Shown: positions 18,374 through 27,492, counted from the stretch's first letter. The stretch: 49,978 nucleotides of DNA from an uncultured Bordetella sp. (GCA_964652785.1 CAZZDV010000006.1:1-49978), one strand, 5' to 3'. The notes: a model not told the origin generated them from the sequence alone. A program made the numbers and translations.

Positions 18374-19167
18374 TTCACCTTCAGCTCGATCCGGCCCAGT
18401 TCGCCGAGGTCGAACCCGACCGCGTCACCCTTCCTGGGAAATTTGGAAGTGACCAGGCTGCCGGTGATCACGAACTGGCCGGCGCGCAGCTGCTTGCCGC
18501 GCCTGGCGAGGCTGTTGGCAACCCACGCGACCGCTTCGAATGGATGGCCCATCGCATCGCGTCCATGGCCCTCGCCCACCTGCTCGCCGTTGATCGTGGC
18601 CACGCCGCGGATCGACGTTAGGTCCACCGATTTCCAGTCGTTGATCGGCGTGCCCAGCACAGCACCTTCGTTCCAGGCGTTGTCCGCGACAAGCCCGAGG
18701 GACATCGAAGCCAGCGCCGCGTAGTCGGCGCCGCGGTCGTCCGCCAGCTCGAAAGCCGGCATGACCGTTGCCACCGCCCCGGCCACCGATTCGCGCGTGT
18801 GGGCCGAAGTCATGGGGAGGTCGATGCCTAGCTGGACCGCTACTTCGAACTCCACGATCAGGCGTCCATATTCGGCAGCGGACACGCTCGCCGGGGCTCG
18901 CACCACCTGCTTCTCGTGCAGGACGCCTCCGATCGAATCGCTCAGGCCGACCATGGCGCGCATCGCAGGCGTGGTAAGCGCGATCTTGTACCCGGCAACC
19001 TGGCCGCACGCACGCGACTTGAGCTTCACGAACTCGTCCTGCACTGCATAGGCTTCCTCGACGCTGCGCGGCAGCGCGTCTTCGGGGAACGGGCCGAAGG
19101 GCTCCCGGTCCGCATGCGCATCGACGAGGAACCATGCAGCGCGCTTGAGCCTCGGATTCAGGCTCAT
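18370..19167 (-). CDS. 2-keto-4-pentenoate hydratase / FAH-superfamily hydratase-decarboxylase-like protein
   Basis: EEAYAVQDEFVKLK...GYKIALTTPAMRAMVGL...GEGHGRDAMGHP resembles the MhpD/HpcG family. ATG 19167 forms an ATGA overlap with the pxpA stop. The 4-nt overlap at 18370-18373 is convergent with the ligase stop. Confidence 0.7.
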   Translation of the reverse strand: MSLNPRLKRAAWFLVDAHADREPFGPFPEDALPRSVEEAYAVQDEFVKLKSRACGQVAGYKIALTTPAMRAMVGLSDSIGGVLHEKQVVRAPASVSAAEYGRLIVEFEVAVQLGIDLPMTSAHTRESVAGAVATVMPAFELADDRGADYAALASMSLGLVADNAWNEGAVLGTPINDWKSVDLTSIRGVATINGEQVGEGHGRDAMGHPFEAVAWVANSLARRGKQLRAGQFVITGSLVTSKFPRKGDAVGFDLGELGRIELKVN

Positions 19168-19919
19168 GGCGCGGCCAGCGAAATGTTTTTGCGGGCAAAC
19201 GTCTCGCGCAGCGCGGTCGCGAAAGCCACCGCACCCGGCTGGTCGCCGTGCAGGCACAGCGTGTCGGCACAGACCGGCACGCGCTTGCCTGAAAGGCTCA
19301 CCACCACGCCCTCGTCCACCATCGAGAGCACCTGCGCAACCGATTTCTCCGAATCCTCGATCATGCCGCCGGGCTGCCCGCGCGGGGCGAGCGTGCCGTC
19401 ATCCATGTAGCCGCGGTCCGCAAACACTTCACCTACCGTCTTGACGCCGTTCTTCCTGCCGGCTTGCATCATGCGGCTGTTGGAGAGCGCGTAAAGCTGC
19501 ACGTTTCCACCGAGTGCCTTGACCGCGCGGGCGATCGCATCCGAAAGCTCATCGTCCATGGCCGACATGTTGTAGAGCGCGCCATGGCACTTCACGTGAT
19601 GCAATTTCGCGCCTGCGGCGCGCGCAAAAGCTTCGACGGCACCCGCCTGGTAAAGGACGAGGTCGTAGACTTCCTGCGCGGAGACTTTCATCGTGCGGCG
19701 GCCGAAACCCGCGAGGTCGGGCAGGCTGGGATGCGCGCCGATCGCAACCCCGCTGGCCCTCGCAAGGTCGACCGTCCTGCGGATCGTCGCGGGATCCCCG
19801 GCATGAAAGCCGGCGGCGATGTTGGCCGAGGAAATCAGCGGCATGATTTCGGCATCGGCGCCCATCTTCCATGCGCCGAAGCTCTCGCCCATGTCGCAGT
19901 TCAAGTCGATCGTTTTCAT
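19164..19919 (-). CDS. pxpA: 5-oxoprolinase subunit A (LamB/YcsF)
   Basis: MKTIDLNCDMGESFGAWKMGADAEIMPLISSANIAAGFHAGDP is the canonical LamB/YcsF N-terminus. Confidence 0.9.
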   Translation of the reverse strand: MKTIDLNCDMGESFGAWKMGADAEIMPLISSANIAAGFHAGDPATIRRTVDLARASGVAIGAHPSLPDLAGFGRRTMKVSAQEVYDLVLYQAGAVEAFARAAGAKLHHVKCHGALYNMSAMDDELSDAIARAVKALGGNVQLYALSNSRMMQAGRKNGVKTVGEVFADRGYMDDGTLAPRGQPGGMIEDSEKSVAQVLSMVDEGVVVSLSGKRVPVCADTLCLHGDQPGAVAFATALRETFARKNISLAAP

Positions 19920-20932
19920 GTTCTGCCGAACTCCCATGCAATGGCCTGCTCAACCTGCCTGAAACGCTCCCGGGACTCGCGCCGGGCCGCCTGCGACTCC
20001 TCGAGCGTGGCTTTCACGAAACGCACGCTGCCGCCCGGGGCCAGTTGCGCAAGCCCCGGAATGTCGGCGCCCGCAATCTCCGCGATCTTCGGATAGCCCC
20101 CCGTGGTCTGGTGATCGGCCATGAGCGCGATCGGCGTGCCGTCATTCGGCACCTGAACGGTCCCCAGGCAGGTCGGCTCCGATAGTATCTCGACGGCCTT
20201 GGCGCGCGAAAGGCGCGGGCCAGCGAGCCTGTAGCCCATGCGATTCGAATCGGGAGAAACCCGCCACAATTCCCCGAAGAAGGCATCCTGCGAGCCCGCG
20301 TCGAACTGGTTCCAGTGGCGCCCTTGCATCGCCCGCACAGCGAGCGCGCGCCCGTAGGGGATCGTGAGTTCCGGTGCCGACCAGCGCACCGAACGAAACT
20401 GCTTCCTCGTGACCTGCCCTTTGCGCGCAACACGCGCAAAACGCTGTTCGGAGATCGCGGAAAGGTTGTCCGCACCTGCAAAGACATCGCCGGGCCTGAG
20501 CGCGCGGCCGGCCAGCCCGCCAAAGGACGCCGGCAAGTAGGTACTCCGGCTGCCGAGGACTTCAGGCGCCTTGAACCCGCCGGCAATCGCGAGATAGGCG
20601 CGCGCACCGCGATGCGCCTTGCCTAGCGTGAGCACGGCCCCGCTGCGGACCAGTACCGGCCGGTTGGCTGGAAAACCCTCATCCCCGAATCTCGCCTCGA
20701 AAGACCCCCCGTAGAGCGCGACCAGCGCATCTCGCAGGAAGGCGATCTCGGGTCCGAGCACGGTGCATTCGAGCGTTGCGGCGGCCGGGGGATTGCCCAC
20801 GAGCGCGTTGGCCATGCGATGCGATACCGTGTCCATCGCTCCGCAGGGCACGATGCCGAGGTGCTGCAGTCCATGGCGTCCAAGGTCCTGGAGCGTCGTC
20901 AGCAGCCCTCCTCGCTGGATCCGGATGCTCAT
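19916..20932 (-). CDS. pxpC: 5-oxoprolinase subunit C (KipA / allophanate hydrolase subunit 2 family)
   Basis: Contains IQRGGLLTTLQDLGRHGLQHLGIVPCGAMD. 4-nt overlaps with both neighbours. Confidence 0.88.
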   Translation of the reverse strand: MSIRIQRGGLLTTLQDLGRHGLQHLGIVPCGAMDTVSHRMANALVGNPPAAATLECTVLGPEIAFLRDALVALYGGSFEARFGDEGFPANRPVLVRSGAVLTLGKAHRGARAYLAIAGGFKAPEVLGSRSTYLPASFGGLAGRALRPGDVFAGADNLSAISEQRFARVARKGQVTRKQFRSVRWSAPELTIPYGRALAVRAMQGRHWNQFDAGSQDAFFGELWRVSPDSNRMGYRLAGPRLSRAKAVEILSEPTCLGTVQVPNDGTPIALMADHQTTGGYPKIAEIAGADIPGLAQLAPGGSVRFVKATLEESQAARRESRERFRQVEQAIAWEFGRT

Positions 20933-21645
20933 GGCTTGGAGCCCGCTTGGGCGATCCGGTCGTACTCCTCGCGGCTGATCGCCGTGAATTTCACGCGGTC
21001 ACCCGGCGCCATCAGGCCCGGCGGCTCGCGTGTCGCATCGAAAATGGACAACGGCGTTCGGCCGATGACATTCCAGCCGCCGGAAATCGTGAACGGATAG
21101 ACGACCGACTGCGTATTGGCGATCGCGATCGAGCCGGCGACCACGCTTGGCCGGGGCGTGGTCCGTCGCGGCACCGAGAGCTTTTCGTCCAGCCCGCCAA
21201 TGTACGGGTGTCCCGGCGCAAACCCCACCATGAGCACCCGGTGCGGGGAGGCGCAATGCCGGCCGATGACCTCCTCCCGGCTCAGGTGGCAGCGATCCGC
21301 GACTTCCTGGAGATCCGGCCCGAACGCGGCGTCATGGCAGACCGGCACTTCGACCGTGCGCACGAGGTCGGCGAGGTCCGGGAGCTTGCGGGAGAGGCAG
21401 TCCTTGATCAGCGCCGAAGCGGCCTCGAGCGGCGGGATGGCGAGCGCGTAGCGTTCCGGGTCGAAATGCAGCGCCAGCGACCCGAGCGCAGGCACCACAT
21501 CGCCGATCCATTCGACGCGCCTGCGACGGATCGCCTCCGCGAGCTGCTGGATGCGCGCGTTGACCGCAAGGTCGAGCGTGTCCGAGAACTCCGCGAGGAC
21601 AGCCGCGTCGCCGAGCGCGACGATGCGCGGCGGGTGCGCAGCCAT
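20929..21645 (-). CDS. pxpB: 5-oxoprolinase subunit B (KipI / allophanate hydrolase subunit 1 family)
   Basis: Contains IVALGDAAVLAEFSD...VEVPVCHD...MVGFAPGHPYIGGLD. Confidence 0.88.
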   Translation of the reverse strand: MAAHPPRIVALGDAAVLAEFSDTLDLAVNARIQQLAEAIRRRRVEWIGDVVPALGSLALHFDPERYALAIPPLEAASALIKDCLSRKLPDLADLVRTVEVPVCHDAAFGPDLQEVADRCHLSREEVIGRHCASPHRVLMVGFAPGHPYIGGLDEKLSVPRRTTPRPSVVAGSIAIANTQSVVYPFTISGGWNVIGRTPLSIFDATREPPGLMAPGDRVKFTAISREEYDRIAQAGSKP

Positions 21646-21658
21646 CAGGTCCGGTGCC

Positions 21659-21691
21659 GGCAGTTATATGCGTTTTTGTATATCAACTGCC
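21659..21691. promoter_or_regulatory. AT-rich imperfect palindrome upstream of pxpB (candidate operator, or end of the tRNA transcript)
   Basis: GGCAGTTATAT-gcgtttttgt-ATATcAACTGCC has 11 paired positions and one bulge. It lies 14 nt upstream of the pxpB ATG. Confidence 0.3.
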
Positions 21692-21738
21692 CTGGAGGCC
21701 GCAACTGGCCTGGCTCTTTCACAATGAAAGTTGGAGAT

Positions 21739-21827
21739 TGGTGCCCGGGGCCGGACTCGAACCGGCACGACCGGTTAAGGTCTGGGGATTTTAAGTCCCC
21801 TGTGTCTACCAGTTTCACCACCCGGGC
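21739..21827 (-). tRNA. tRNA-Leu (anticodon TAA), CCA encoded
   Basis: The reverse complement GCCCGGGTGGTGAAACTGGTAGACACAGGGGACTTAAAATCCCC...GCCGGTTCGAGTCCGGCCCCGGGCACCA folds as a cloverleaf with a long variable arm. Anticodon loop CTTAAAA. Confidence 0.93.
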
Positions 21828-21873
21828 AAGCTCACTGCGGTGAGGTGCGACGATACCAGTTGGTGGGGGGATC

Positions 21874-21947
21874 TGGAGGCGCGGAGCGGAGTCGAACCGC
21901 TCTAAAAGGCTTTGCAGGCCTCTGCATAACCGCTTTGCTACCGCGCC
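21874..21947 (-). tRNA. tRNA-Cys (anticodon GCA), CCA encoded
   Basis: Reverse complement GGCGCGGTAGCAAAGCGGTTATGCAGAGGCCTGCAAAGCCTTTTAGAGCGGTTCGACTCCGCTCCGCGCCTCCA. Anticodon loop CTGCAAA. Confidence 0.93.
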
Positions 21948-21970
21948 ATTGAGCCTCGAGCTCCGAGACT

Positions 21971-22000
21971 AAAAAGGGAGGGCCCGTTAAGGCCCTCCCT
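21971..22000 (-). terminator. Intrinsic-terminator-like hairpin between tRNA-Gly and tRNA-Cys
   Basis: On the minus strand, AGGGAGGGCC-ttaacg-GGCCCTCCCT forms a perfect 10-bp GC-rich stem. It is followed by TTTTTAG. Confidence 0.55.
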
Positions 22001-22008
22001 CGGAAATC

Positions 22009-22084
22009 TGGAGCGGGAGAAGAGTCTCGAACTCTCGACCTCAACCTTGGCAAGGTTGCGCTCTACCAACTGAGCTACTCCCGC
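22009..22084 (-). tRNA. tRNA-Gly (anticodon GCC), CCA encoded
   Basis: Reverse complement GCGGGAGTAGCTCAGTTGGTAGAGCGCAACCTTGCCAAGGTTGAGGTCGAGAGTTCGAGACTCTTCTCCCGCTCCA. Anticodon loop TTGCCAA. Confidence 0.93.
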
Positions 22085-22124
22085 ATGAAACAGCCTGCAA
22101 TTTTAATGGGTTGGGGGACCCCAG

Positions 22125-22706
22125 TCAAACCGTGCCGTCGGTGGAGACCCCGGCCTTGCGCAGGTAGTAGAGCATCGAGATCACGGTCAGGACGGCCGCG
22201 ACGTTGATGAGGATGGTGCCCAGCCACTGGCAGTTGAACAGGCCGAACAGCTCGTCGTGAAAAAGCAGCAGGGGGATCGCGATCAACTGGAACACGGTTT
22301 TCAGCTTGCCGATGAAAGCCACGGTCACGCTTTTCGCCCGGCCGATCTGCGCCATCCATTCGCGCAGTGCCGAGATGGCGATCTCGCGCCCGATGATGAT
22401 TAGTGCGACCAGCGGCTCGACGCGGTCCAGTTGCAGCAGCACGACCAGCGCGCCGGCCACCATGAGCTTGTCCGCGACCGGGTCGAGGAAGGCACCGAAG
22501 GCCGACATCTGGTCGAGGACCCGCGCCAGGTAGCCGTCGAGCCAGTCAGTGATCGCCGCGAAGACAAAGATGATCGTCGCCGCGATGTTCTTGTTCTCCA
22601 TGTGCAGCCACGCATCGGGCACGTAGAACACGCCCACGATCAGCGGGATCATGAGGATCCGCAGCCATGTGATGTAGTTTGGAAGGTTGCGCGGCATGTT
22701 GGCCAT
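22125..22706 (-). CDS. pgsA: CDP-diacylglycerol--glycerol-3-phosphate 3-phosphatidyltransferase
   Basis: Contains LPNYITWLRILMIPLIV and the CDP-alcohol phosphotransferase motif DWLDGYLAR...SAFGAFLDPVADK. The start is ATG 22706 or 22697; the longer ORF would overlap uvrC. Confidence 0.9.
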   Translation of the reverse strand: MANMPRNLPNYITWLRILMIPLIVGVFYVPDAWLHMENKNIAATIIFVFAAITDWLDGYLARVLDQMSAFGAFLDPVADKLMVAGALVVLLQLDRVEPLVALIIIGREIAISALREWMAQIGRAKSVTVAFIGKLKTVFQLIAIPLLLFHDELFGLFNCQWLGTILINVAAVLTVISMLYYLRKAGVSTDGTV

Positions 22707-22728
22707 TTCGGACTTTAACCCGGGCTCC

Positions 22729-24567
22729 CTACCCTGTTCGCGCTTTTTCTTCGGCTTCGCCGTGCAGGTGGCGATAGATGCGCTGCGCAATCGAGCGGCT
22801 GATGCCTTCGACTTTCATGATGTCGTCCATCGCGGCGGACTGGATGCCTTTCAATCCCCCGAAGTGCGCGAGCAAGGCGCGGCGGCGCTTGTCGCCGATG
22901 CCGGGAATCTCGTTGAGCTCCGATGTGGTGCGCGACTTGCCGCGCCGCGCCCGATGGCCGACGATCGCGAAGCGGTGCGCCTCGTCGCGGATCTGCTGGA
23001 TGAGGTGCAATCCCGGATGCTGCGGCGGGAGCGTGACCGGCGGCCCATCGCCTTCGACGATCAGTTCTTCGAGCCCCGGCTTGCGTTCGGGGCCCTTTGC
23101 GACGCCGACCACGCTGACGTCGTTCAGCCCGAGCTCGACCAGCGCCGAACGCGCCTGCGAAACCTGGCCCTTGCCGCCATCGATGAGGATGAGGTCGGGC
23201 ATCCTGGCGCCCTCCGCCGTAAGCCGGCCGTATCGGCGGGAGAGCACCTGGCGCATCGCGGCGTAGTCGTCGCCCGGGGTGATGTCACGGATGTTGAACC
23301 TGCGGTACTCCGACTTCTGCATGCCGTGGCCGTCGAACACGACGCACGAAGCGACGGTCGCCTCGCCCATGGTGTGGCTGATGTCGAAGCACTCGATGCG
23401 CTGTGCCGCTTCAGGCAAGCCCAGAGCTTCGCGCAGCGCAAGCAGTCGCGCCTCCTGGGTGCCGCGCTCGCGCACGCGGTTGGCGAGCGAAAGCAGCGCG
23501 TTCTTCTCCGCCATCTCGAGCCAGATCCGCCGCTCGCCCTGCGGCGAAGTCAGCAGGCGGATCGGGCGCTGTGCCTGCTCGGAGAGGGCGGATTCGAGCG
23601 CATCGCCTTCGAGGTCGGCGTTCGCCAGGATCAGCGGCGGGATCGGCTGCTCCAGGTAGTGCTGGGTCAGGAAAGCGAGGATGACTTCGCCCGCGGTCGC
23701 GGCATCGGCGTTCTGCGGAAAAAAGCTGCGGTCCCCTACATGCCGCCCTGCCCGGATCATCACCAGGTTCACACAGGAGATCCCGCCTTCGGTACGGCAG
23801 GCTACGACGTCCGCATCCACGCCCACCGCCGACTCGACGTACTGGCGCGCCTGCACGCGCGAGAGGGCCCGCACCTGGTCGCGGAACTGCGCCGCCTCCT
23901 CGTAGCGCTCGACCTGCGCGGAGGCGTTCATCTTGGTGGTCAGCGCGTTGATGACATCGTTTTCGCGGCCGAGCAGGAAGAGCTCGGCATTGCGGACGTC
24001 CTGCGCGTAAGAATCCTTGTCGATCAGGCGGGTGCAAGGCGCCGAGCAACGTTCGATCTGGTGGAGAAGGCACGGCCGCGAGCGGTTCTCGAACACCGAA
24101 TCCTCGCAGGTGCGCAAACGGAAGACTCGCTGCAGGAGCTGGATGCTTTCACGCACCGCATTGGAGTGCGGGAAAGGCCCGAAGTACCGGTTCTTCTTCT
24201 CCTGCCCTCCGCGATGGAACCCGATGCGCGCAAAGGGATGCCCTGTGATCATCAGGTACGGATAGGACTTGTCGTCGCGGAAAAGGATGTTGTAGCGCGG
24301 CGTGAGGCTCTTGATGAGGTTGTTTTCGAGCAGCAGCGCCTCGCCCTCGGAGCGCGTGACGGTCGTCTCAATCGAGGCGATCTGCGTCACCATGAGCCCG
24401 ATGCGCGGGCTTTGCTGGGTCTTGTTGAAGTAGCTCGAGACGCGCTTCCTGAGGTCGCGCGCCTTGCCTACGTAGAGAACATCCCCCGAGGGGCCGAGCA
24501 TCCGGTAGACACCCGGCAGGTTCGGGAGCCCGGCGACAAACGCCTTCGAATCGAACTGTGCGCTCAT
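22729..24567 (-). CDS. uvrC: Excinuclease ABC subunit C
   Basis: Contains the GIY-YIG N-terminus LPNLPGVYRMLGPSGDVLYVGKARDLRKRVSSYF, a UVR domain, and the C-terminal (HhH)2 segment IPGIGDKRRRALLAHFG. ATG 24567 was chosen. Confidence 0.92.
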   Translation of the reverse strand: MSAQFDSKAFVAGLPNLPGVYRMLGPSGDVLYVGKARDLRKRVSSYFNKTQQSPRIGLMVTQIASIETTVTRSEGEALLLENNLIKSLTPRYNILFRDDKSYPYLMITGHPFARIGFHRGGQEKKNRYFGPFPHSNAVRESIQLLQRVFRLRTCEDSVFENRSRPCLLHQIERCSAPCTRLIDKDSYAQDVRNAELFLLGRENDVINALTTKMNASAQVERYEEAAQFRDQVRALSRVQARQYVESAVGVDADVVACRTEGGISCVNLVMIRAGRHVGDRSFFPQNADAATAGEVILAFLTQHYLEQPIPPLILANADLEGDALESALSEQAQRPIRLLTSPQGERRIWLEMAEKNALLSLANRVRERGTQEARLLALREALGLPEAAQRIECFDISHTMGEATVASCVVFDGHGMQKSEYRRFNIRDITPGDDYAAMRQVLSRRYGRLTAEGARMPDLILIDGGKGQVSQARSALVELGLNDVSVVGVAKGPERKPGLEELIVEGDGPPVTLPPQHPGLHLIQQIRDEAHRFAIVGHRARRGKSRTTSELNEIPGIGDKRRRALLAHFGGLKGIQSAAMDDIMKVEGISRSIAQRIYRHLHGEAEEKARTG

Positions 24568-24593
24568 GCCGGCGTTCGTCGCACCACCGGGCT

Positions 24594-25613
24594 TCAGGCC
24601 AGCCCGGCTACGTCCTTGAGGGCGGCACGATAGCTCTCCGAACCCAGGCTGACGGCTCGCGCACGGTCCCAGCGGATGCGCGCGAGTCTGGACGTGTCGT
24701 AGTTCTTCTGCGGCAGGCGCGCCAGCAGGTCGTCCGCGGCGGCGGGGGCATTGCAGACCAGCACCACGTCGCATCCGGCATCCAGCGCGGACTGGGCCCG
24801 CGCCACCATGTCGCCCGCGACGCTCGCGCCTTCCATGCTGAGGTCATCGCTGAAGATGACGCCATCGAAGCCGAGTTGCTTGCGCAGGACCTCCTTGAGC
24901 CAGAAGCCGGAAAACCCGGCGGGCTTTGGATCCACGTTCGTGTAAATCACATGCGCCGGCATGATGCCGGCGAGGCCTGCCGCGATCACTGGCCGATACG
25001 GCGCCACGTCGGTCTCAATGATCTCCTCGAGCGGGCGATCGTCTGTCGGAATTGCCACGTGCGAGTCCGCCGAGGCGTAGCCGTGGCCGGGAAAATGCTT
25101 TCCCACGGCCCCCATGCCGGCCGAATGCAGTCCGCGCACGAGAGCCGCGCCCAACGCGCCGACGGCCTCGGGCGACGCATGGAACGAGCGGTCCCCGATG
25201 ACTGAGCTCGCGCCATAGTCGAGGTCGAGCACCGGGGTGAAGCTGAAGTCGACGCCATGTTCGCCGAGCTCGGCACCGATCGCGTGACCGGTGCTTTCGG
25301 CCGAGCGAATCGCAGCGGCGCGGTCGCTGTCCCAGAGCTGGCCGATCTTTCGCATCGGGGGAATGGCGGTGAACCCCGTACGAAAGCGCTGCACGCGACC
25401 GCCTTCGTGATCCACGCAGACCAGCAGCTCGGGGGTCCGCAGTCCGCGGATCTCCGCGGTCAGCGCCTTGACCTGTGCGGGACTCTCGAAGTTGCGTCCG
25501 AACAGGATGACTGCGCCGACGAGCGGGTGGCACAACCTTATGCGCTCATCGTCTGCGAGGCTCAGGCCCGCTACGTCGGCCATTACCGGGCCGAGCGGGA
25601 GGGTTTGGGTCAT
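24594..25613 (-). CDS. nagZ: Beta-N-acetylhexosaminidase (peptidoglycan recycling)
   Basis: Contains the GH3 motifs [11 protein letters not shown] and [15 protein letters not shown]. Confidence 0.9.
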   Translation of the reverse strand: MTQTLPLGPVMADVAGLSLADDERIRLCHPLVGAVILFGRNFESPAQVKALTAEIRGLRTPELLVCVDHEGGRVQRFRTGFTAIPPMRKIGQLWDSDRAAAIRSAESTGHAIGAELGEHGVDFSFTPVLDLDYGASSVIGDRSFHASPEAVGALGAALVRGLHSAGMGAVGKHFPGHGYASADSHVAIPTDDRPLEEIIETDVAPYRPVIAAGLAGIMPAHVIYTNVDPKPAGFSGFWLKEVLRKQLGFDGVIFSDDLSMEGASVAGDMVARAQSALDAGCDVVLVCNAPAAADDLLARLPQKNYDTSRLARIRWDRARAVSLGSESYRAALKDVAGLA

Positions 25614-25990
25614 TGGGTCTCCAGGATCACGGTGGCGCTCGCAAGGCCCCGTTCATCGGTCAGCGAAACATGTGCACGCGCGACGCCGCGGGCATCGAGC
25701 ATCGCCTGCAGCGCATCGGTGAATTGCAGGGTCGGCTTCCCCGAGCGCAGGTTTGCCACCCATACGCCGTGCCAGTTGGCCGGTGCGTGGATTCCGGTGC
25801 CGAGGGCCTTGGTGAAGGCCTCCTTGGCCGCAAAACGCTTGGCAAGGAAGGCTGCGGGCAGGCGGTGAGTCGCGAAACGCGTGAGTTCGGGCTCGCAAAG
25901 AATGCGGCGTGCAAACTTCTCGCCGAACCTTTCGAGCGCCGCGGCGATGCGGGGGATCTCGATGATGTCGGTGCCCACGCCGTAGATCAT
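25610..25990 (-). CDS. acpS: Holo-[acyl-carrier-protein] synthase
   Basis: 126 aa, [15 protein letters not shown]...[16 protein letters not shown] overlaps on both sides. Confidence 0.9.
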   Translation of the reverse strand: MIYGVGTDIIEIPRIAAALERFGEKFARRILCEPELTRFATHRLPAAFLAKRFAAKEAFTKALGTGIHAPANWHGVWVANLRSGKPTLQFTDALQAMLDARGVARAHVSLTDERGLASATVILETQ

Positions 25991-26745
25991 CGCCCGAGCC
26001 CGAACCGCGCCTCGGTCATGAGGCGCTTCATCTCGCGCACGGCTTCGCGCATCCCGACGTAGATTGCGCGGCTCACGATGGCGTGGCCGATATGCAGCTC
26101 GCGGATGCCCTGCAGGCGCGCCACGGGCTCGACGTTGAAGTAGTTGAGCGCGTGCCCTGCATTGAACCGCATGCCGAGGTCGCGGATGGCCTTGCCGGCG
26201 AGGGCGAGCTTTTCGATCTCGGCCACCACCGCCGGGCCCTCGGCATCGCGGCCCTGCGAGTGAAACACGTGCGCGTATGGCCCGGTATGGACTTCGCAGA
26301 CCCGCGCGCCGATGCGGCTGGCAGCCTCGATCTGGCGCGGATCCGGGTCGATGAAGACCGAAACCATGATCCCGGCCCCGGCGATGCGTGCGACGGCTTC
26401 CTTGAGCGCGGACTCCTGCGAAACGATGTCCAGCCCGCCTTCGGTCGTGATCTCGTGGCGGCCTTCGGGCACCAGCATCGCCATCTCGGGCTTGATGGCG
26501 CACGCGATGCCGACCATTTCCGTGGTGGCCGCCATTTCGAGGTTGAGCTTGATGTGCGTGAGCTCGCGCAGCCGCCGCACGTCCTCGTCCTGGATATGCC
26601 TTCGATCCTCGCGCAGGTGGACCGTGATGCCGTCGGCACCGCCGAGATGCGCTTCGACCGCAGCCCACACGGGATCCGGGTCGTAGGTGCGCCTCGCCTG
26701 CCGTACGGTGGCGACGTGATCGACGTTGACGCCGAGTTCGATCAT
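25987..26745 (-). CDS. pdxJ: Pyridoxine 5'-phosphate synthase
   Basis: Contains MIELGVNVDHVATVRQAR...GITVHLREDRRHI. Confidence 0.93.
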   Translation of the reverse strand: MIELGVNVDHVATVRQARRTYDPDPVWAAVEAHLGGADGITVHLREDRRHIQDEDVRRLRELTHIKLNLEMAATTEMVGIACAIKPEMAMLVPEGRHEITTEGGLDIVSQESALKEAVARIAGAGIMVSVFIDPDPRQIEAASRIGARVCEVHTGPYAHVFHSQGRDAEGPAVVAEIEKLALAGKAIRDLGMRFNAGHALNYFNVEPVARLQGIRELHIGHAIVSRAIYVGMREAVREMKRLMTEARFGLGR

Positions 26746-27485
26746 AGGTCCTGAAGCTCCAAGAGAACGCTGCGCGTATGCAGGGTCTGCCCGTGCAGGC
26801 GATGGCTGATCAGCGCCCGCATCAACCCGCGCGCCTGCTTCATTGTCTGGCCGCTGCTGAAATCATCCCGCTCGAGGTCGAGCAGCGTGCTTCCGCGCAC
26901 AACCATCTCGCTGGCGGCATGCTCCCCGGCAGGGCCTTCCCCACTGGCAGGAATCGGCCCTCGCTCGGGATCGTACAGATAATGCATGGACGGGTCGATG
27001 GCCGCGCCGCTTTCGGCGTCGCGATCCAGGAGCATGGCGTAGCCGAGCTCGGCCAGCAGGCGCTTCTCGAATCCACGCAGCACTCCGGCGGTTGGTTCGC
27101 CCCGTCCAAGCCGCTCGAGGCTCATGGAGTACGCATCGAACAGCTTCTCGTGGGAATCGTCGCGAGGCAGCAGCCGCAGGATCAGTTCGTTTACGTAGAA
27201 GCCGCACATCAGGCCGAATCCGCTCAGGAAAGGCAATCCACCCTGCCATTCGGCGCTCATCAGCGTGTTCAGCTCGCCCGAGCCACCCCAGGAAAGCCGC
27301 AACGGCTGGAAAGCGTGCAGCACGCCGCGCAGCGCCGAGCGCGGCCGCCGCGCCCCTTTGGCAATCAGCGCGACCCTTCCCAGCCGCCTCGAGAATGCTT
27401 CGACGATGAGGCTGGTTTCCTTGTACGGATAGCTGTGGAGGACATACGCGGGCTCGTGCTCGATCCTGCGCCGGGACTGGACCAT
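26742..27485 (-). CDS. recO: DNA repair protein RecO
   Basis: Contains EPAYVLHSYPYKETSLIVEAFSRRLGRVALIAKGARRPRS. Conserved pdxJ-recO-era context. Confidence 0.88.
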   Translation of the reverse strand: MVQSRRRIEHEPAYVLHSYPYKETSLIVEAFSRRLGRVALIAKGARRPRSALRGVLHAFQPLRLSWGGSGELNTLMSAEWQGGLPFLSGFGLMCGFYVNELILRLLPRDDSHEKLFDAYSMSLERLGRGEPTAGVLRGFEKRLLAELGYAMLLDRDAESGAAIDPSMHYLYDPERGPIPASGEGPAGEHAASEMVVRGSTLLDLERDDFSSGQTMKQARGLMRALISHRLHGQTLHTRSVLLELQDL

Positions 27486-27492
27486 CGCCGCC

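Noticed and set aside
13359-21738. Possible genomic island integrated at the 3' end of tRNA-Leu, covering the catabolic operons next to the tRNA
   Set aside because: There is no integrase, recombinase or transposase. I found no direct repeat of the tRNA-Leu 3' end (only a chance 7-nt TCGAACC match near 13236). The G+C content and codon style resemble the flanking core genes.
22687-24633. 648-aa ORF antisense to uvrC and pgsA
   Set aside because: This is the same high-GC antisense artefact. uvrC on the minus strand has clear GIY-YIG, UVR and HhH motifs.
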